Positions 25,085-32,617 of a DNA stretch of 33,672 bases are shown here, piece after piece. Source of the stretch: Candidatus Omnitrophota bacterium (lineage in GTDB: Bacteria > Omnitrophota > Gorgyraeia > Zapsychrales > Zapsychraceae); assembly GCA_020430005.1 (NCBI GenBank), contig JAGQKQ010000001.1, positions 1 to 33,672 on the forward strand. Reading direction: 5' to 3'. The translations under genes and the position numbers were made by a program. The notes below the pieces were generated by a model. The model was not told the origin of the DNA. It did no database searches and worked only from the letters and a program-made list of their open reading frames with translations. Position 1 is the first letter of the stretch. Each line of letters begins with the position of its first letter.

Positions 25085-25372
25085 ATGACCTTTACAGATT
25101 TTCAGCAATCCTTGCAACAAGAATCCCCGCCGAGTTTTTCCGATTTATTGTCGGCGTTATGGTGGGATGCCAAAGGTCAATGGGAAAAGGCTCACGAGAT
25201 TGCGCAGGACGTTTATACGAATGACGGCTTCTGGGTTCATGCTTATCTTCATCGTAAAGAGGGAGATGAATTTAATGCGGGGTATTGGTATAATCGGGCT
25301 GGCAAATCCAAAAGCCGGCTGTCATTAGATGAGGAATGGGAAAATATTGTTAAGGCGCTATTGGAGAAATAA
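25085..25372 (+). CDS. conserved hypothetical protein (WVHAYLHRKEGD motif)
   Basis: The 95-aa version starts at the ATG at 25085, 4 nt after the mscS stop. I remember the ALWWDAKGQWEKAH...WVHAYLHRKEGD...YWY pattern as a widespread uncharacterised family. Confidence 0.55.
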   Translation: MTFTDFQQSLQQESPPSFSDLLSALWWDAKGQWEKAHEIAQDVYTNDGFWVHAYLHRKEGDEFNAGYWYNRAGKSKSRLSLDEEWENIVKALLEK

Positions 25373-25701
25373 TGGCTTATAATGAACAGTTGGCGAAACG
25401 GGCGAGGGATATTCTGAAAACTCAAAAGGGGTTTTCCGAAAAAAAGATGTTCGGCGGTTTGTGTTTTTTGTTAAATGGTAATATGTGCTGTGGTGTTGAA
25501 AAAGATAACTTTATGGTGCGTGTCGGGCCACAACAGTATGAAAAGGTTTTATCGTTAAAATACGCCCGTCCGATGGATTTTACAGGCAGGCCGTTAAAAG
25601 GTTTTGTTTATGTGGATGCACAAGGCGTTAAAACAAAGACGGCCTTACGAAAATGGGTTCAATACGGAATCGATTTTGCAGGCTCTCTTCCCGGAAAGTA
25701 G
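25372..25701 (+). CDS. TfoX N-terminal domain protein
   Basis: KKMFGGLCFLLNGNMCCGV is typical of TfoX_N. The start overlaps the previous stop codon (TAATG). Confidence 0.7.
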   Translation: MAYNEQLAKRARDILKTQKGFSEKKMFGGLCFLLNGNMCCGVEKDNFMVRVGPQQYEKVLSLKYARPMDFTGRPLKGFVYVDAQGVKTKTALRKWVQYGIDFAGSLPGK

Positions 25702-25705
25702 TATT

Positions 25706-26269
25706 ATGTTTAAGCGAATAAGAAAAATTGTTATTATCGGAGCTTTTGTTTTAACAGGATGTACAGCAACATACGTTGAGAAAAACGTTGATTCGAAAAC
25801 GGGTGTTGTTAGCGAAGAAAAATATTCCAAATATTATGAGGCCCCGGCACAGCGTTTATTCGCGAGTGTCTATGTGATGGCCTTTGCCCAGGTAAAATAT
25901 CGGCCGGCATTAAAAAATAGTCTTAATAGGGACGTTCCTCCGGCAGAGCGTCTGGATCGTGTGAATATTAAGGTTTATTTTTCCAATAATACCGAATTTC
26001 GGTACCGTTTTAAAGTTCTCGCTGTTGGCTACGAAAGCGAGGGGCATAGCGGTATCATCTCCAATAACAGTCAGGAAATTATTCTGGTTCCGAATTCTAT
26101 TGAACGTATTGAAGCCGTCAAGGATAATGTTGAGCAGAGCGCAAAGGAAATTCGCGTTGATATTTATTACCAAGTTGGTGATCAGTCCCAGAAAAAAAAG
26201 AGTGTCGTTTTGAGCCGGCTGACAACAGAAGAAGCTAAAAAGAATTCCCGCTTTCCTTTCAAATTTTAA
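25706..26269 (+). CDS. lipoprotein, function unknown
   Basis: The ATG at 25706 gives MFKRIRKIVIIGAFVLTGC, a lipobox (LTG|C). The upstream extension in the ORF track overlaps the TfoX-like CDS. Confidence 0.6.
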   Translation: MFKRIRKIVIIGAFVLTGCTATYVEKNVDSKTGVVSEEKYSKYYEAPAQRLFASVYVMAFAQVKYRPALKNSLNRDVPPAERLDRVNIKVYFSNNTEFRYRFKVLAVGYESEGHSGIISNNSQEIILVPNSIERIEAVKDNVEQSAKEIRVDIYYQVGDQSQKKKSVVLSRLTTEEAKKNSRFPFKF

Positions 26270-26289
26270 GGTTTTGGTTTATTCATCTT

Positions 26290-28215
26290 ATGAAATATGA
26301 TCCGTTCCAACAACAGGCTATCGATTACATTAATGAGGGCCACTCTGTTATTGTCTCCGCTCCGACAGGGGCCGGAAAAACGGCGATAGCCGAACATGTT
26401 ATCCAGCAGTGTCTCCAGCGCAGAGAAAAAGTTATTTATACAGCGCCTATTAAGGCCCTTTCCAATCAAAAATATCGGGAGTTTCAAAAGTACACACAGG
26501 ACAAAGTGGGTATTTTGACCGGGGATATTACCCTTAATGCCGGCGCGTCAGTGCTGGTTATGACGACAGAGATTTTCCGGAACAAAATTCTGGAAGAGCA
26601 CAGTTCTATTAAGGATTTTAGCTGGATTGTCTTTGATGAAATTCATTATCTGGACGATTGGGAACGGGGAACGGTCTGGGAAGAATCCTTAATTTTTATG
26701 CCGGATCATATGCGTTTTTTGGGATTGTCGGCCACCATTCCGAATATCGACGAAATGAAACACTGGCTGGAAAAGATTCATAAAAGGCCGGTTAAGATTG
26801 TTAAAGAAAATAACCGTCCGGTTCCATTGCATTTTTTCTATCAATGCCAAAGTCAAATCTACGATGATATTAAGCTTCTTTCCAAAAAAGGTTTTACCGT
26901 TCCCGGCAATAAATACCTGAGAGGGCGGAAAATGCCCCGGTCGATTCGTTTGAAGCCTAATCGACTGAGTCCACTGATTGAGGACTTATATCAGAAAGAA
27001 CGGATGCCCTGTATCTATTTCGCTTTCAGCCGTCGACGAACAGAAGAACTGGCCAATGAAATGACAGAGTTTAATTTTCTTAGCACAACCGAGCGCAATG
27101 AAATTCGTACCATGTATGACACTTTGTGCGAGCGGTACGATTTAAAGGGAGAGAAAACAGCGGAGGAGTTAAAACCATTACTCGACCGTGGAATTGCTTA
27201 TCATCATGCCGGAATGTTGCCAACCTTGAAAGAAGTCGTTGAACAGTTATTTACAAGTAAACTTCTTAAACTGATTTTTACGACAGAAACTTTCGCATTG
27301 GGGATTAATATGCCGGCCAAGACAGTTATCTTTGACGAACTGCGTAAGTTTTATGGGCGCTCATTCAGCAATCTGCGTACGCGTGATTTTTATCAAATGG
27401 CCGGGCGTGCCGGCCGGCGTTCTATTGATAAAGAAGGTTTTGTGTTTTGCCGGGTCAATCCTCATTATATTTCGCCGGAAGAGGTTTACAGGATTATTTA
27501 TAGCGAACCGGAGAAAGTGAGTTCTCAGTTTAACGCCTCTTATGCCACTGTTTTAAATTTATATAATCATTATGGTGAGAAATTGTATGACATTTATCCA
27601 AGGTCATTTCATTATTTTCAGAAACGCAAGTTTTTACATAAACAGGCCTTGTATTTTCTAAAGGCGAAGGTTGATATTTTAAAAGAGCTAAAATATATTC
27701 AGGACGAACAGCTTACGGAAAAAGGAATTTTTGCCAGCAAGGTTTATGGATATGAGATGATTCTGGCCGAGCTGTTTGATCAGGGCGTGCTGGAGCAATT
27801 ATCGGTGCGGCAATTGGGAACCTTGTGTTTGGCGGTCGTCTATGAGCCGAGAAAAGGGACACATAAACCCCAGCTGATGAAGGAAACCAAGAAGCTCGAA
27901 ATGATCACTGATAAAATTATCCATGATGTCAACCGGCTGGAGCGGTTTTTGAAATTTAAGGATCTCAGCAAGCGGTGCTTTTTCCATTTAACACCGGCCT
28001 TTGAGGCCTGGCTCAAGCAGGAGTCTTTCAGTCAGATTCTGGAATATATTGATGCGGATGAGGGGGAGGTTGTCCGGTATTTCCGTATGACGATTCAGGT
28101 CCTCCGTGAGATTGCGGAAACCCCTATCAGCGTAGAGTTACAGGAAAAAATCTATCAGCTGATTAAGCTGATCGACCGGGACGTTATTGACTCGGAAAAA
28201 CAGCTTTCCGTGTAG
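26290..28215 (+). CDS. SF2 DEAD/DEAH-box helicase, Ski2/HelY-like
   Basis: It has motif I SAPTGAGKT, motif Ia TAPIKALSNQK, motif II DEIH, motif III SAT, motif VI QMAGRAGRR, and a C-terminal helical DSHCT-like extension. Confidence 0.85.
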   Translation: MKYDPFQQQAIDYINEGHSVIVSAPTGAGKTAIAEHVIQQCLQRREKVIYTAPIKALSNQKYREFQKYTQDKVGILTGDITLNAGASVLVMTTEIFRNKILEEHSSIKDFSWIVFDEIHYLDDWERGTVWEESLIFMPDHMRFLGLSATIPNIDEMKHWLEKIHKRPVKIVKENNRPVPLHFFYQCQSQIYDDIKLLSKKGFTVPGNKYLRGRKMPRSIRLKPNRLSPLIEDLYQKERMPCIYFAFSRRRTEELANEMTEFNFLSTTERNEIRTMYDTLCERYDLKGEKTAEELKPLLDRGIAYHHAGMLPTLKEVVEQLFTSKLLKLIFTTETFALGINMPAKTVIFDELRKFYGRSFSNLRTRDFYQMAGRAGRRSIDKEGFVFCRVNPHYISPEEVYRIIYSEPEKVSSQFNASYATVLNLYNHYGEKLYDIYPRSFHYFQKRKFLHKQALYFLKAKVDILKELKYIQDEQLTEKGIFASKVYGYEMILAELFDQGVLEQLSVRQLGTLCLAVVYEPRKGTHKPQLMKETKKLEMITDKIIHDVNRLERFLKFKDLSKRCFFHLTPAFEAWLKQESFSQILEYIDADEGEVVRYFRMTIQVLREIAETPISVELQEKIYQLIKLIDRDVIDSEKQLSV

Positions 28216-28218
28216 GTT

Positions 28219-28247
28219 TTGCCAAATGCCAGGAGATAGGGTATACT
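28219..28247 (+). promoter_or_regulatory. near-consensus sigma70 promoter
   Basis: TTGCCA (28219-28224), 17 nt, TATACT (28242-28247). It begins 4 nt after the helicase stop codon. Confidence 0.55.
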
Positions 28248-28261
28248 TGTCTATAGAACCG

Positions 28262-28400
28262 ATAAAGGCAAACCCGCCGTAAGACGGGGACCCCGGTAAG
28301 GCCTAAAAGTCCTCCGGGTCCGGCCGGAAATATCCAGCCGGAGCAAAGCCAAGGGTCCTTAAGTGATATGGATAGCCTGGTTGCCAGTGAAATAAACAGA
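28262..28400 (+). promoter_or_regulatory. structured GC-rich leader, riboswitch-like aptamer candidate (c-di-GMP-I/GEMM-I-like motifs)
   Basis: Motifs occur in this order: AAAGGCAAACC (28264-28274), CGCC-GUAA-GACG hairpin, GGGGAC, two additional GC hairpins, GCAAAGCC (28343-28350), CCUUAAG...UAUGG (28357-28371), and GGTTGCC (28379-28385), which is complementary to GGCAA(A)CC. Confidence 0.45.
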
Positions 28401-28409
28401 CATTGCACG

Positions 28410-28445
28410 AACCTATCCAAAAACTGACGGATAGGTTTTCTTATT
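28410..28445 (+). terminator. intrinsic terminator (expression platform of the leader)
   Basis: AACCTATCC, 10 nt, GGATAGGTT, followed by TTCTTATT. It ends 6 nt before the GGAGG SD of the response regulator. Confidence 0.7.
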
Positions 28446-28462
28446 AGTGAGGAGGCAGGGGA

Positions 28463-28828
28463 ATGGCCAAAATTCTCGTTATTGATGACGATCATGAAAT
28501 ATGTAATCTCCTGGTGCAGCGGCTCAAGGCTAATAATTTTCATGTTGCCACGGCCAGTACTATTTTGGAGAGCTTTCAGCAATTAAGCCAGGAAGTGCCG
28601 GATGTGATCATTCTGGATTTTATGTTGCCGGGTATTTTAGGGACCACTTTTTCAGAAGACCTGAAGAAAGACACTCAGTATCAGGAAATTCCTATTATTT
28701 TTGTGTCAGGACAGTCTGAAGAAGAGATTAAAAAGATGGACGCAAACGTTCGTTTTGACGCCTACATAAGAAAACCTTTCGAAGCGCAGGACCTCATTCA
28801 AACCATCCATAAAGTTTTATCCAACTAA
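28463..28828 (+). CDS. receiver-only response regulator (CheY-like)
   Basis: The 121-aa ORF has ILVIDDDHE, DVIILDFMLP, FVSG and YIRKPF. There is no output domain. Confidence 0.85.
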   Translation: MAKILVIDDDHEICNLLVQRLKANNFHVATASTILESFQQLSQEVPDVIILDFMLPGILGTTFSEDLKKDTQYQEIPIIFVSGQSEEEIKKMDANVRFDAYIRKPFEAQDLIQTIHKVLSN

Positions 28829-28830
28829 AA

Positions 28831-31059
28831 CTATTTCTTCTTACTTATTTTTTCATACCGTTGAAGGTCTGCAGCGGCCTCTTTGGTTTTTCCCAGTTTT
28901 TTGTACAGGCGAGCCCGATTCTTATAGGCGGCCGCGTAATTGGGATCTAGCTGAATTGCTTTATTAAGATGATTTAAGGCTGCTGAAGAATTGTTTACGA
29001 GTTGGTAGGCCATCCCAAGATTATTATGGGCTTCGGCGTATTGGTCGTTAATTGATATCGCTTTATTGAAGTCAGCAATCGCTTTGTCATAATCTTCAAG
29101 TTTGGCATAAATAACGCCGCGTTGATTGTAGGCTTTTACCAAATTCGGACTCAGCTTTAAGGATCTGTTGGCATCGGCAAGGGCCTTGGGTAAATCATTC
29201 TTAAGAAGAAAAAGCATTGCCCGATTAAAGTAGAACGTGCCGTTATTTGGTTCCATGGCAATCGCCTTGTTAATATAAACCATAGATTCATCAAGTCTAT
29301 TCTGATATTTTCTGATCAAAGACATATTGCTATAGGGATGGGAATAATGCGGATTGGCTTTGTTTGCCCGTTGGAAATCATCAAAGGCCTTATCATACTT
29401 TCCGAACTTTCCATAAATCGCGCCGCGTACGTTCCAGGCCTCATGATCGTTGGGATTTAGAGAAATGGCCTTTGTAAGAATTTTAAGAGCACCTTCGTAG
29501 TCGCCACGTCTTTTTAGAATTTTGGCTTTATTTGTATAAGGGACAGAAATATTGGGATCAATGGCAATTGCTCGATTAAAATCAGCCAGGGCTTTGTCCA
29601 GCTCTCCTGTCTCCATGTAAATGAAACCGCGGTTATTGTAAGCAGAGAGATGGTCATTTTGTAATTCCAGAGCTTTGTTAAGGGCCACCATTGCTTTATC
29701 AAATTTTCGTTCGACGGTATATAGACTTCCCAGATTGGCCCAAGCTAAAGGTTTTTTAGGTGATTTTTTGACGATATCCGACCACAAAGCAATTTCGTTT
29801 TGCCATAATTTATTTCGTTGAAAAGCCAGGTAGGAAAAAGTGGTAACAATAATAGTCATGCAAACGATATACTTTATAAAACTTTTGAATTTTGTAAAAA
29901 GGAAATAGGCCAGGGCGATGCAGGGCCCGACAGAGGCCAGATAAAGTTTGTGTTCAAAAATGATATGGTTACGGGGAACAAAATTGGTGGATAACGTCAA
30001 AAAGAACCACAACAGACCAAACGATAAAAGCATCGAATATTTTCTAATTTTTATTGCAATAGCCAGCGCAGCAGAATAGGCGAGAAAGCTTAAAAAGGTT
30101 ACCCATTCAAAAAAACTGTGGGACATAGGAAAATCGTAGCTGACATTCTGCCAAAACGGGACTACCAGCAACCGGATGAAATGCATCATGACACGAAACT
30201 GTGTCAGGATATATGTCCCTAAAGTAAAAACGTCCCCAATATGGGATTCAGATTTTCTTGGTCGCAATAAAGCTTCCAGAAATCCATTATAAACAAATAA
30301 TAAAAAGAAGATGATAAGCAGAGCGCACACGGCAAACAGTATTATATACTTTAATATCTGATTTGATTCTGACTCCGGATTCTTTTTTGTCATATATGGG
30401 GCAATGAGATAAAACTCTAATAGACAAATCATGAACGGTATGGTGAGGCTCGTTTCTTTTGAGAAGAAGCATAGCGCGATAGACATTGATGTAAGAATAT
30501 AGAGGACAAAGGTTTTCAGATTAATGCGTCCAACTAAGCGGCATTTTATATAAAAGAATATAGATGAAAGATAGAGCATTGCTGATAATGAGGCTAATCG
30601 TTGTGAAATATAAGAAACAGCTTGTGTACAAACAGGATGTGTCGCAAAGACCAAGGCGGCAAACAAGGCCGCGATTTGTAGTCGGGTATCCAGAGCTTTT
30701 TGGGTGTATAGCAGAAAGAAATTTCTCGCTAAAAGCCAAACTAAAAGAGATGCAATAATATGGATGCTGAAGTTAGTGACATGATAAATAAAGGGGTTTA
30801 GTTGGCCATATTGGTAATTGAGGGCGAAAGTATAAAAAACGATGAAACGAGATCTATGTTTGCTTAAAAGGCCGTCCAGATTTTCCATATCACGGATATC
30901 AGGGTTATTAATAACGAAGTCTTTGTCGTCGTACTGAAATGGGCCGTGAAATGTCTGGGAATACACAAGAAAAGCCACTGCGCCGATCACTATAATCGGT
31001 AAGATTATAGACAGGCACTTCTTGAGCCCCGCATTCATTGTGAATGATATATTAGGCAT
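28831..31059 (-). CDS. PMT/TMTC-like GT-C membrane protein fused to a C-terminal TPR array
   Basis: The 742-aa ORF has an N-terminal domain of about 420 aa with about 11 TM segments and an early YDD motif in loop 1 (FQYDDKDFV). About 9 TPR repeats follow (A..N.G..Y....YD.A...F..A..L.P). Confidence 0.8.
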   Translation of the reverse strand: MPNISFTMNAGLKKCLSIILPIIVIGAVAFLVYSQTFHGPFQYDDKDFVINNPDIRDMENLDGLLSKHRSRFIVFYTFALNYQYGQLNPFIYHVTNFSIHIIASLLVWLLARNFFLLYTQKALDTRLQIAALFAALVFATHPVCTQAVSYISQRLASLSAMLYLSSIFFYIKCRLVGRINLKTFVLYILTSMSIALCFFSKETSLTIPFMICLLEFYLIAPYMTKKNPESESNQILKYIILFAVCALLIIFFLLFVYNGFLEALLRPRKSESHIGDVFTLGTYILTQFRVMMHFIRLLVVPFWQNVSYDFPMSHSFFEWVTFLSFLAYSAALAIAIKIRKYSMLLSFGLLWFFLTLSTNFVPRNHIIFEHKLYLASVGPCIALAYFLFTKFKSFIKYIVCMTIIVTTFSYLAFQRNKLWQNEIALWSDIVKKSPKKPLAWANLGSLYTVERKFDKAMVALNKALELQNDHLSAYNNRGFIYMETGELDKALADFNRAIAIDPNISVPYTNKAKILKRRGDYEGALKILTKAISLNPNDHEAWNVRGAIYGKFGKYDKAFDDFQRANKANPHYSHPYSNMSLIRKYQNRLDESMVYINKAIAMEPNNGTFYFNRAMLFLLKNDLPKALADANRSLKLSPNLVKAYNQRGVIYAKLEDYDKAIADFNKAISINDQYAEAHNNLGMAYQLVNNSSAALNHLNKAIQLDPNYAAAYKNRARLYKKLGKTKEAAADLQRYEKISKKK

Positions 31060-31169
31060 GTAAATACTTGCAAATTAAAGGGTATGAATTTATACGTCAC
31101 TTAGTATAACGGCAGTGATTGAAACTGTAAATAGAATTGTTTATTGTTAAAAATTAGGAAGTTATTTTG

Positions 31170-31604
31170 TTAGGGTGTTGCCATATAGTGTGGACATTTT
31201 GATGATTGACAAAAAGGATTTGGAGGGTAAAGGTTTTGTATGGGTTCATCTGAGCGAAATTCCCAATAGTAGTATTTTCTCCAATCACCTACACGATGAG
31301 CCTGCGCTGTATATGTAGAAGTATTAAAACCAATATTATAATCAAAGTAAGGATCTGATATTTTGATATTGAATAAGCTGTTAATGGCGTCTATGCCATA
31401 TACAGAGCCAGCTGGATAGTCTTGATTTTTAATCTTGTATATTTCCCCTGCAGCATGAATAGTCAATAGATTAATTTTTACTTGGCGTGAGTGACTTTTT
31501 TCGATGGCGCGGCTATAGCTTGGTATAGCAAAAGCGGCAGTCACACCGACAATAATAGTGACTGTGATGAGTTCCATTAATGTAAAAGCTTTTTTATCCA
31601 TCAT
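31170..31604 (-). CDS. prepilin-type N-terminal cleavage/methylation domain protein (type IV pilin / pseudopilin-like)
   Basis: MMDKKAFTLMELITVTIIVGVTAAFAIPSY is a class III signal with Glu at +5 and a hydrophobic helix. The C-terminus has a CQSSKC cysteine pair. Confidence 0.8.
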   Translation of the reverse strand: MMDKKAFTLMELITVTIIVGVTAAFAIPSYSRAIEKSHSRQVKINLLTIHAAGEIYKIKNQDYPAGSVYGIDAINSLFNIKISDPYFDYNIGFNTSTYTAQAHRVGDWRKYYYWEFRSDEPIQNLYPPNPFCQSSKCPHYMATP

Positions 31605-31885
31605 TTTTTACCTTTTTTTCTGCTTTTTTAAGTATATCTGGCTAAATTAGGGGTAACAAGGCGTTGGGGCCGGATAATTTCGCATCGAGCCTTTTATATT
31701 ATTTTTGCCTTCATTTTGTAAGATATTGATATATAATAAGTTATTAAAAATTAACATTTGTTTTTCTTAAATAAATAAAGCGGTTTCTATAACACCTGTA
31801 ATCCACGATATGGTATATTAATTTCAGACCGGCAGACCGGAAGTAGGTATATTTTAGGCTAAAATAGGGGAGAAAATTCAGGAAA

Positions 31886-32617
31886 ATGAATATGAGCTTT
31901 GATGCTTCTCAGTGGGTCGTTAGCATTCCTACGTATAATGAATACAAAAATAGCCAAACGTTATTCAACATGATTTTTGACAGTTATCCCGGAATATCCA
32001 TTATAGTTGTTGATGGAGGGTCTAAAGATGGGACTGTGGAGGTTCTACAACAGATAGAGCAAGAACGAAAACCGCATTTTCATGTTATTCATCAGAAAAG
32101 CCCGATAGGGCGTGGGGCCGCAGATTGGGAGGGATTCAAATACGCGCAAGCGCATGGTTTTAAATACGTTGTTCAAATGGATGCTGATTTATCACATGCG
32201 CCGCATTATATCAGTCAATTTGCCTCCTGCATGCTAGAGAATGATATGGTGATCGGGTCACGGTTGATTTCGGGGGGGAAGATATTGGAGCGTAAAAAGC
32301 GGCGTAATCTATTAACATGGGCGGCCAACATTTTTATCCGCAGGATGCTAAATATTCCAGTCTACGATTGCACATCAGGATATCGGTGTTTCAATATTGA
32401 ATTATTAAATAAAATAGGTCAACAGAATACGATGACCAACGGTCCGGCCAATCTTACGGAAGTTCTTTATTATGCCCATCAATTAGGGGCAAAAATAAAA
32501 GAGGTTCCGATTATTTTTGCAGATCGTCAACACGGACAATCAAAACTTACAGGAAAGGAATTAATGGAATCTGTAAGGATTGTTTTTCGATTAAGAGGAC
32601 AGTATGCTAAGCTTTAG
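31886..32617 (+). CDS. GT2 polyprenol-phosphate mannosyl/glycosyl transferase (Dpm1/Ppm1-like)
   Basis: IPTYNE, VVDGGSKDGT, VQMDADLSHAP, VIGSRLISGG and DCTSGYRCF follow the Dpm1/Ppm1 motif order. Confidence 0.8.
   Translation: MNMSFDASQWVVSIPTYNEYKNSQTLFNMIFDSYPGISIIVVDGGSKDGTVEVLQQIEQERKPHFHVIHQKSPIGRGAADWEGFKYAQAHGFKYVVQMDADLSHAPHYISQFASCMLENDMVIGSRLISGGKILERKKRRNLLTWAANIFIRRMLNIPVYDCTSGYRCFNIELLNKIGQQNTMTNGPANLTEVLYYAHQLGAKIKEVPIIFADRQHGQSKLTGKELMESVRIVFRLRGQYAKL

Noticed and set aside
5276-25706. Longer N-terminal extensions given in the ORF track (5276, 7406, 13677, 23320, 25046, 25604)
   Set aside because: Each extension overlaps the preceding gene or lacks an SD. In each case an internal ATG follows a good SD and/or begins a signal peptide or lipobox.
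716-26487. Many 60-125-aa ORFs antisense to or out of frame with larger CDSs (for example 716-946, 1107-1400, 1397-1654, 2062-2376, 2378-2650, 3601-4018, 4355-4537, 4876-5097, 5901-6259, 7126-7503, 7929-8117, 8356-8547, 8737-9063, 9238-9432, 11782-11976, 12365-12550, 14368-14560, 14990-15307, 15827-16556, 17887-18117, 18128-18322, 18686-19195, 20790-21011, 21382-21631, 22880-23113, 24414-24746, 25645-26213, 26266-26487)
   Set aside because: All are embedded in longer ORFs with recognisable family motifs. They have low-complexity or Arg/Ser/Cys-rich translations and no ribosome-binding sites.
25706-28215. Helicase plus upstream gene as a Hachiman-like or other helicase-based defence pair
   Set aside because: The upstream gene encodes a small lipoprotein, not a DUF1837/nuclease-type partner. 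The helicase has Ski2/HelY housekeeping architecture and sits in an operon with mscS. No nuclease, methylase or other defence hallmark is visible.
28262-28400. SRP (4.5S/ffs) RNA or RNase P RNA
   Set aside because: GGAGCAAAGCCAAGG loosely resembles the SRP domain IV GGAAGCAGCCAAGG, and AAAGTCCTCCGGG resembles the RNase P GAAAGUCCGGG. However, the apical loop is not a GNRA tetraloop closed as in SRP, the region is far too short for RNase P, and the promoter/terminator/SD layout fits a cis-acting leader better. A cmsearch would settle it.
28184-28582. 132-aa ORF on the minus strand spanning the helicase/response-regulator intergenic region
   Set aside because: It runs antisense through a promoter, a densely structured GC-rich segment, an intrinsic terminator and the 5' end of a well-supported receiver CDS. 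The long open frame is better explained by the GC-rich structured DNA, which has few stop codons.
27332-30758. Short ORFs inside the helicase and the GT-C/TPR genes (27332-27520, 27799-27987, 29514-29702, 30287-30472, 30521-30758)
   Set aside because: For the same reason: they are shadow ORFs of well-supported long CDSs.
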